NCBI RefSeq assembly: GCF_964204645.1
Contig: NC_134032.1
Coordinates: 3,248,175-3,312,174, forward strand
From: Tubulanus polymorphus
Lineage: Eukaryota; Animalia; Nemertea
Length of the DNA stretch: 64,000 nt
Direction: 5' to 3'
Shown here: positions 57,693-64,000 of the stretch, piece by piece
Numbering within the stretch: position 1 is the stretch's first letter
How the letters are laid out: every line of letters starts with the position of its first letter
Notes under the pieces: generated by a model
The model's database searches: none
What the model saw: only the letters and a program-made list of their open reading frames with translations
What the model was told of the DNA's origin: nothing
Program-made: the position numbers and the translations under genes

Positions 57693-60379
57693 TAACAAAA
57701 AAAATATGCGACCAGGCGAAAAAGCACTTTAGATAGGTTAACTATAGTTTTCTAGACTAATTCGCCCGATGAAGCTACTATACATAAATAGCGAAAACTC
57801 GTGCGGCTAATTAATTAGTTAACCTATAAAGTACTAGTAGTATCGACACCTGGTAGCCTGTCTTAATACATTTTTACCCGATTTACTTATCTTAATCCTT
57901 ATGATTTAAATGAATCATACTTCATAAGAAACGGAAATAAAAGTATATCTTCCCAGCTCTGCATACATACGCTTAGTTGTTTTCTTTTTAAGAATATATC
58001 CATTTGAAGGCTGCAAAAACTAATCCATTTTACTAATCCATTGCTAACCGATATTCGTTCAGATCGCGAGTTCAGTTATTTTCAACTGGTTCCCGCGCTG
58101 CGCCCACCAGTCTATGTATTAATCAGATCAGATGCGTTGTTTCTCACCGATTATTATTGTTACCATATTTATTGCTGTGTATCAAAGTAAAATTTCATGC
58201 TCAAAATCACTTACAGCATATCAAAAAATGATGTTTAAAACATGACTACAAAATGCCTTGATCAATCACCTATGATCGGGTGGTAGGACATTCCAGATAA
58301 AAAGCGCACTCCATAGCGGCAATCAAACCCTGGCAAGGTCAAGTTCATGTTCAAATGCATTTCACGGAAAGCATGACAGGCTATGTACAGAGATCGAGAG
58401 AAAAAAACAAACATACAAAAGAAATTACAATTTCTAAACAAGCACAATTATAAAAAGAGAGAGAACATTAGCTTTCTGTGTGTGAGCAAAGCAAAGCTTC
58501 TCGCGAGCACCCAGTAAATAGTAGCAGCGGCAATTACCGTAGTTTTATTGAAGAATGTATTTTCTCTGAAACACCAGGCGTCATACCGACTTGACCGAAT
58601 ACGTGCGCCGTTATTCTAGTACACAGAAATTCCGCTATCGTTATTCGTAGGGGCAGCACTGGACGGTTCAGATCATCAAACAGAGCCTCGCTATTCTACT
58701 GTGGCATGCGAGGAATACAGATATCAAGTCAAACTTCGTCCATCTATAAATACCAGTTTGTCTAGAAAAATAATCGTAACAACGCGAAAGCTTGATTTCA
58801 GTAGAATATTCTTTTTAGATAATATTCTTTTATTCTTCCTTTAAGCAGTATATTGTATTGTATTAGCATCTAGACAGACTCGCTTGCCACATCAGGAATA
58901 TCTAGTCAATCTGATTCTATTCCCCGAAGAATTTCAGAATAAACAGATCAATTATAACAACAGTACTAATACAGTAGACCGCACTCGCCACGGATCTCAA
59001 AGACCAATGAATTTCTCCCAATTTTATGTTTCAGCCGAAAATTCATCGCTGTAACGAGGGTGTTTCAGATAACCCGACCTGGTCTCTCTATACAAGAGAC
59101 AATTAAAATGTGTACTAATTTCTGACTTTCATCGAAAACCTTTTATAATTCTGTTGATTATTATTATTATCATTATTACATATTTTCCAGAAATATGACG
59201 GTATGAATCTGCACACGCAGATTCTATGTATGTACTATACATCCAATTTTAAACTAAATCCTATCTTAAACTTCTACTTAAGGCGATCGGCAATCGATAA
59301 CCGTGATACCGTGGAGTTACCGGCGATCCCCGAAACCTGGACGGAGCGCCCCTGATGTCGAACGTTTGCGAAGCTATCGTTTTGTGGCGCCCTCTTGTGG
59401 AGGACCATCTTCAATCTGTGTCGAATTACAACGGTTTATATCCAGGAATCGGAACGATTTTTTTTTTCAAACCAGGATGCTCCTTTATTGATTAAAAAAT
59501 GATGGCCAAAACATGCTATTTTGTTAATTTCTTAATAAGGGTCATCGGGAAGGGTTTGTGTTGGTTTGAGCTTCGGCAGGAGGCAGTTTAACCCCGGGCC
59601 CTACAAGCAAGGATGCTTTGAGTCTGTGTACTCAAGTTGAAGAAATTTAACAATAATAGCATATAACGGCTATCATATTTGAATCTACATGTATTCTATT
59701 TGTATATATTACATCGAGTGAGAACAGAATTCCACGTTGGATAAGCGTACAAAATCAGCCAAGGCGCTGTTGGGAATCGACGGATTCGAAATGGCATCTC
59801 GGTGAAATAACCAATCCGAACTAGTTATAGCGTTGCAGGGGGGAAGACCTAGGAGTGACATGTCTGCCATGCGAGTCACGAGATGGGAACTTCAATTCAC
59901 ATATGACGCCCATAATTGAAGTCCAATAACTATCATGAAATGATAATCCCAAACGGTATTATCACTTGAACAAACAAACTTTTTGCCAGGTGCGGCGGGC
60001 TCAGAGACCGAAGCTAAAGTTAGTTACGATGAAATTCACATTGAATTTTTCGTAGTTGAGACGCTCAATTTATATGAAAAATTATATGAAAAATACAATA
60101 AAGACACTTTATACTGTCAACCCCCGAATACTGTCAATACCACCCAAATCGGTGCAGAACGATTTTGGCGGTATATCGAGGGGTTTTACTACATATTTCT
60201 ATAGAAGTGTACATCGAGAAAACCTGGCGGTAGGCGGGGTGGCTGTTAATTGGAGGGCAGTATATCGGTGGTAGACTGCATGTATTTACAATACAGTATA
60301 GGGAAAAATTAGATGGCGGAAAAAGAGCAAAGTTCGGGGTTTCGAAATACCAATAACTGCGTGGTTATAGGGGGTAAGA

Positions 60380-60780
60380 CGTGAAACGAGACCGTGTTTT
60401 ACTATATAGAGCCGGTGCTTCAAAAATGATAAAATCCAAAATAACTGATATTGCTATTTCCCGTATAAACTGTAGTAGCGTTAATATCAATATTTCTTCT
60501 TTACGTATTTCTTCTTTACGTATCTTCTTTATCTTCTTTACGTTTAGCCTGAATTTGTTGCAGTTTTATTATCATAACTGTATTGAGAATAATAAACAAC
60601 GCGATCGGTAAATGCTCTTTAAAAATTGGTTCGTAAACAGAAAAAGTCGACGAAAATAAAGTCCTCAATAATATCTGAATCACTTTTATTGGACACCATT
60701 TGAAGAGTATTTGTGCAGACATCCCGAAAAGAACAACTCTAGTAGTATCGAGATACGGACTGTGTAAATTGCTGCAGAAA
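60380..60780 (-). pseudogene. Degenerate partial duplicate (TM5-TM6) of the adjacent GPCR
   Basis: VYEPIFKEHLPIALFIILNTVMIIKLQQIQAKRKED versus VYGPIIKEYLPVILLIISNTIMIVKLRQIQAKRKED in the neighbour. Confidence 0.8.
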
Positions 60781-60895
60781 TTGCTACCATCAAACTACGT
60801 AGTTGTTAGTCGTCAAAAATCACAACATACAATTAGTAAGTTATGTTCGAACTGTTCAAATAAGAATTAGCAATAGCAAGTTAACGTTCATTTGA

Positions 60896-61962
60896 TCATG
60901 TCGCGTTTCGTCGACATCGGTCTCGCATAAGTTTCAGAGCTGTTTTCCTAAACGTACCGTTTACGATACAGTACAGGAAAAAATTGGACGCAGAATTCAA
61001 CATAGGAAAGAAAGCGCTGACAACTCGACCGAAATACCAATAATCATTTGGCAAAGGGGGTAAAGACGGGAAACCCCATCGTATGTAATGATATATCGAA
61101 GAGAAAGATCCGGGTGTCTCAAAAACGCTGAACACCAAAACAACCGATATCGCCATTTTCGTAGCCTTGATATCAATATTTCTATTCTTATCCTCACCTC
61201 CGTGTGAGGTGAAATCCTCTTTACGTTTAGCCTGAATTTGTCGCAGTTTTACTATCATAATTGTATTGGAAATGATTAGTAATATAACCGGTAGATATTC
61301 TTTGATAATCGGTCCGTAAACAGCCGAAATCATATTTTGTATAGTTTTCGATAATGTTCCTTTGTTTTCGCGGATGAACATTTGAATACGGTCCGAGCAG
61401 TCGTCCCAAAAATGATGAACTCCGTCGATTGTAGCGAAATAAGGCGCTTCGATCAGTCTACGAAGAATACGAAGCCTACAACTATCAGGACTTTGATTCG
61501 AAATTGTGTAATAGTTCGTTTCGCGAAAAATGGAAATATAATCGATAGAGTTCGTTGTACGACGACACCGACAGTTATCCAGTTACGTGTCATTTGGGAT
61601 GCAGTGCGCGGAATACGCGATATCAGAAAGATCCACGGCATAGTCCCTATCTTACTGTAATTTGCGAGCACGTATTCTCCTTGTATCATCAGCGCTAGTA
61701 TAATGCGTACCGGTCCTTGTATCCCGCGCCATATTAAAAACACAATGTCCATAACAGCCAAACAGCGTAGAAGATAATAAGAAATGTGAGTCGAACTCAA
61801 TATCTTTAAAGTAACGACGACCAAAATGTTCAACAGAATGCCGAGTATCATGACGGCGAGGGACGCGATTCGCGTAGATACCTCGAATGTAATGTGGAAC
61901 GTTCTGACCTTACATTTATGTTCCGATGAGACATCGGGTGGAGTCGTTGAGTTACCGTCCAT
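60896..61962 (-). pseudogene. Class A peptide (FMRFamide-receptor-like) GPCR with one frameshift near 61456
   Basis: LAVMD (TM2), VVQR (DRY position), FETP (TM6), LNSASNFFLY (TM7); the two ORFs are out of frame and a 1-nt correction joins them. Confidence 0.8.
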
Positions 61963-64000
61963 AGGAGCGGATCATGCCGCGGTCCGATCTACGCGACGTA
62001 GAAAAATATTGTGTCTAGTGTCGACCAAAACCTAATTAACGCTGCCTATATCAGTATCGCGAATCATAAAAACGATAATACGCTATTTTGCGACCTGACT
62101 TGAGATTTTTTGTAACGGCTGTCGAACATTAACTATTCTATATGCCACTAATTGATGATGTACAGGTATGCACGTGTCGAGATATCTGTACTATAAGAGT
62201 AACGGCGAAACTTAGTCAATGGTTGGCGCGGTCTGTGCGCTTTGGATTACCAAGTTTTTGGTACAAAATGAAAGATACAGGTCGTGTGTATGTTCGACGA
62301 GCATTTATCTCAACAGGAGAGGTTGGATATAGCAGCGCTGCGCGTTGATTCTAAGATCAATCCGTTTAGGTAGTTTTAAAAGATGATGTAGCCAATTGGC
62401 ACCGCAATGACTGCGCTTATAAAATCCACAGCTCGGCGAAAACATTTTGAAAATCGGTTGTTAATTAAGATTTTTACGATATCGTTGCATCTCCCAAGAT
62501 TTTTAGTATGTTACGCAATGAATATATTTTATAAATCACATATTTTATATGTTCCTGACGGTAAATGCGAATAAAATATCCAGTTTTGAGTAGATGAAGT
62601 GTTGATGAACGCCCGGATTACATTCCGAAGAATGCGGAATAACGCGGATTCAGATTAAATGCCCCAAAAACTTACAAAAATACGATATTTATATTCATCC
62701 TACAATATGGCCGATCATGGTCAGGACATCTATCACATGGACGGACTTTTTCAAGAAATGCTGATCATTAGGTAAATTGTTAATTTTCTCGTAACATAAA
62801 TCAGTTAGAAATTACAAGGACGCTGTTCATTTACTATACGAATACACAGAATTCCAGAAAAAAATAAATCTCAAGAATACGCGAATCCCGAACTACCAAC
62901 TCCACACCGCTTTTTACCAATAAAGATAGTTGTACAAATCGCAGCCGTTTTTTCGAATTTCTCACGATTTCGTTGAATGTTTTGATAGTGAACTTTTATA
63001 GATAGCTAAATCGAAAATAAAAACAGAAATAACCCCCCCCCCCAAAAAAAAAAATCCTTTTTAATGAATGTGGGCAACGTAGAAATATTAGATTATTTTC
63101 TAGCGATGTGTTTGCCTGAATTCCGGGTTCTGGATCCGTAGTCTACTCTTTACGAGTTTTCAGCACTTATCAATCCATACGTCATACGTTACTCAATCGT
63201 AAACAAACGATTCAGAAAACTGTATTTCTTTTATTTGATATCATTTGAATCCGTTTGAATCAAATCCATGCAAAGACAAAAATTATGCAGCTTACGACTC
63301 CAGAGTCGATGACTCCGAATTTCGAGCGAGGTTGCAGCTTGTGACTCCGAATCAATGACTCCAAATTTCACGTAAAGTTGTGAATGTTGCGGCTTGTTAC
63401 TCCAGAGTCAATGATTCCAAATATTTGTGAATATGGGTTATATTTGTATCTAGACGTGGTACCACTGGTGGTCTAATTTAGAATTTGGATTCCGCGAAGT
63501 CATTAGAAATGCCAGCAATTTTCCGGTATTGATATCGTATCAGGTGTCCACATGAGTTTATCTGTGAAATGTAAAGAGTAATATGTAATATCTACACAGG
63601 TATGAATGAAGAGAAATATACAATTTTCACCGAACAAGTTCTATGAATATATGAAATATATATGAATAGATGCTTTCGGACCGAAGTGTCAGATGATACC
63701 GGAGCATGTTTCAGCTCGAATATGAATTATCAAGTCTATACACGCTCGTAGAGTTTCATTTTGCGCAGTGACAAGTAGAAAAGAACAATTATATAAACAC
63801 TTAAATATCAATAAACACTTAAATATCAAATATCAATCATTTCATCACCCCCTAATTCATCTTTAAACTTTCCAGGAATGTTCTTATTATCATTGCTAAA
63901 TAATTCATGATCTTTTGGATAATTGCTAAATTCAAAATGATGTTTTAATGTTTTAAGTCTTTTTTATGATATTTGTCTTGATTTTTAGTATGTACGCATC

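Overview
Animal (invertebrate-looking) nuclear genomic DNA: spliceosomal introns, intronless class-A GPCR genes and pseudogenes, an SLC18-like MFS transporter, a secreted EGF/C-type-lectin gene, minisatellites and many transposon remnants. The host species cannot be named from sequence alone. The main feature is an AT-rich 15.8-kb integrated Polinton/Maverick-like dsDNA virus (9023-24831; AGT...ACT ends, ~121-bp TIRs, 6-bp TSD AACGGC). It combines (i) a protein-primed PolB with a giant-virus-type LAGLIDADG intein in motif C, (ii) a zinc-finger-fused protein resembling poxvirus late transcription factor VLTF3/A2, (iii) a poxvirus-late-promoter-like motif (T-run, 5-8 nt, TAAATG) before essentially every gene, and (iv) a ~265-nt GC-rich stretch predicted to fold on the + strand into two long hairpins with the same palindromic GGCGCC loop. 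Together these suggest (inference) a virophage-like element that depends on a pox-like helper virus. This copy is damaged: MCP/ATPase deletion, no visible integrase or protease, two A-run frameshifts. Separately, a young pol-less Gypsy-type LTR element (32830-40444, tRNA-Phe PBS) splits a methyltransferase gene and carries seven tRNA T-arm-like hairpins in its leader. All protein calls rest on motif recognition by eye; no searches were run.
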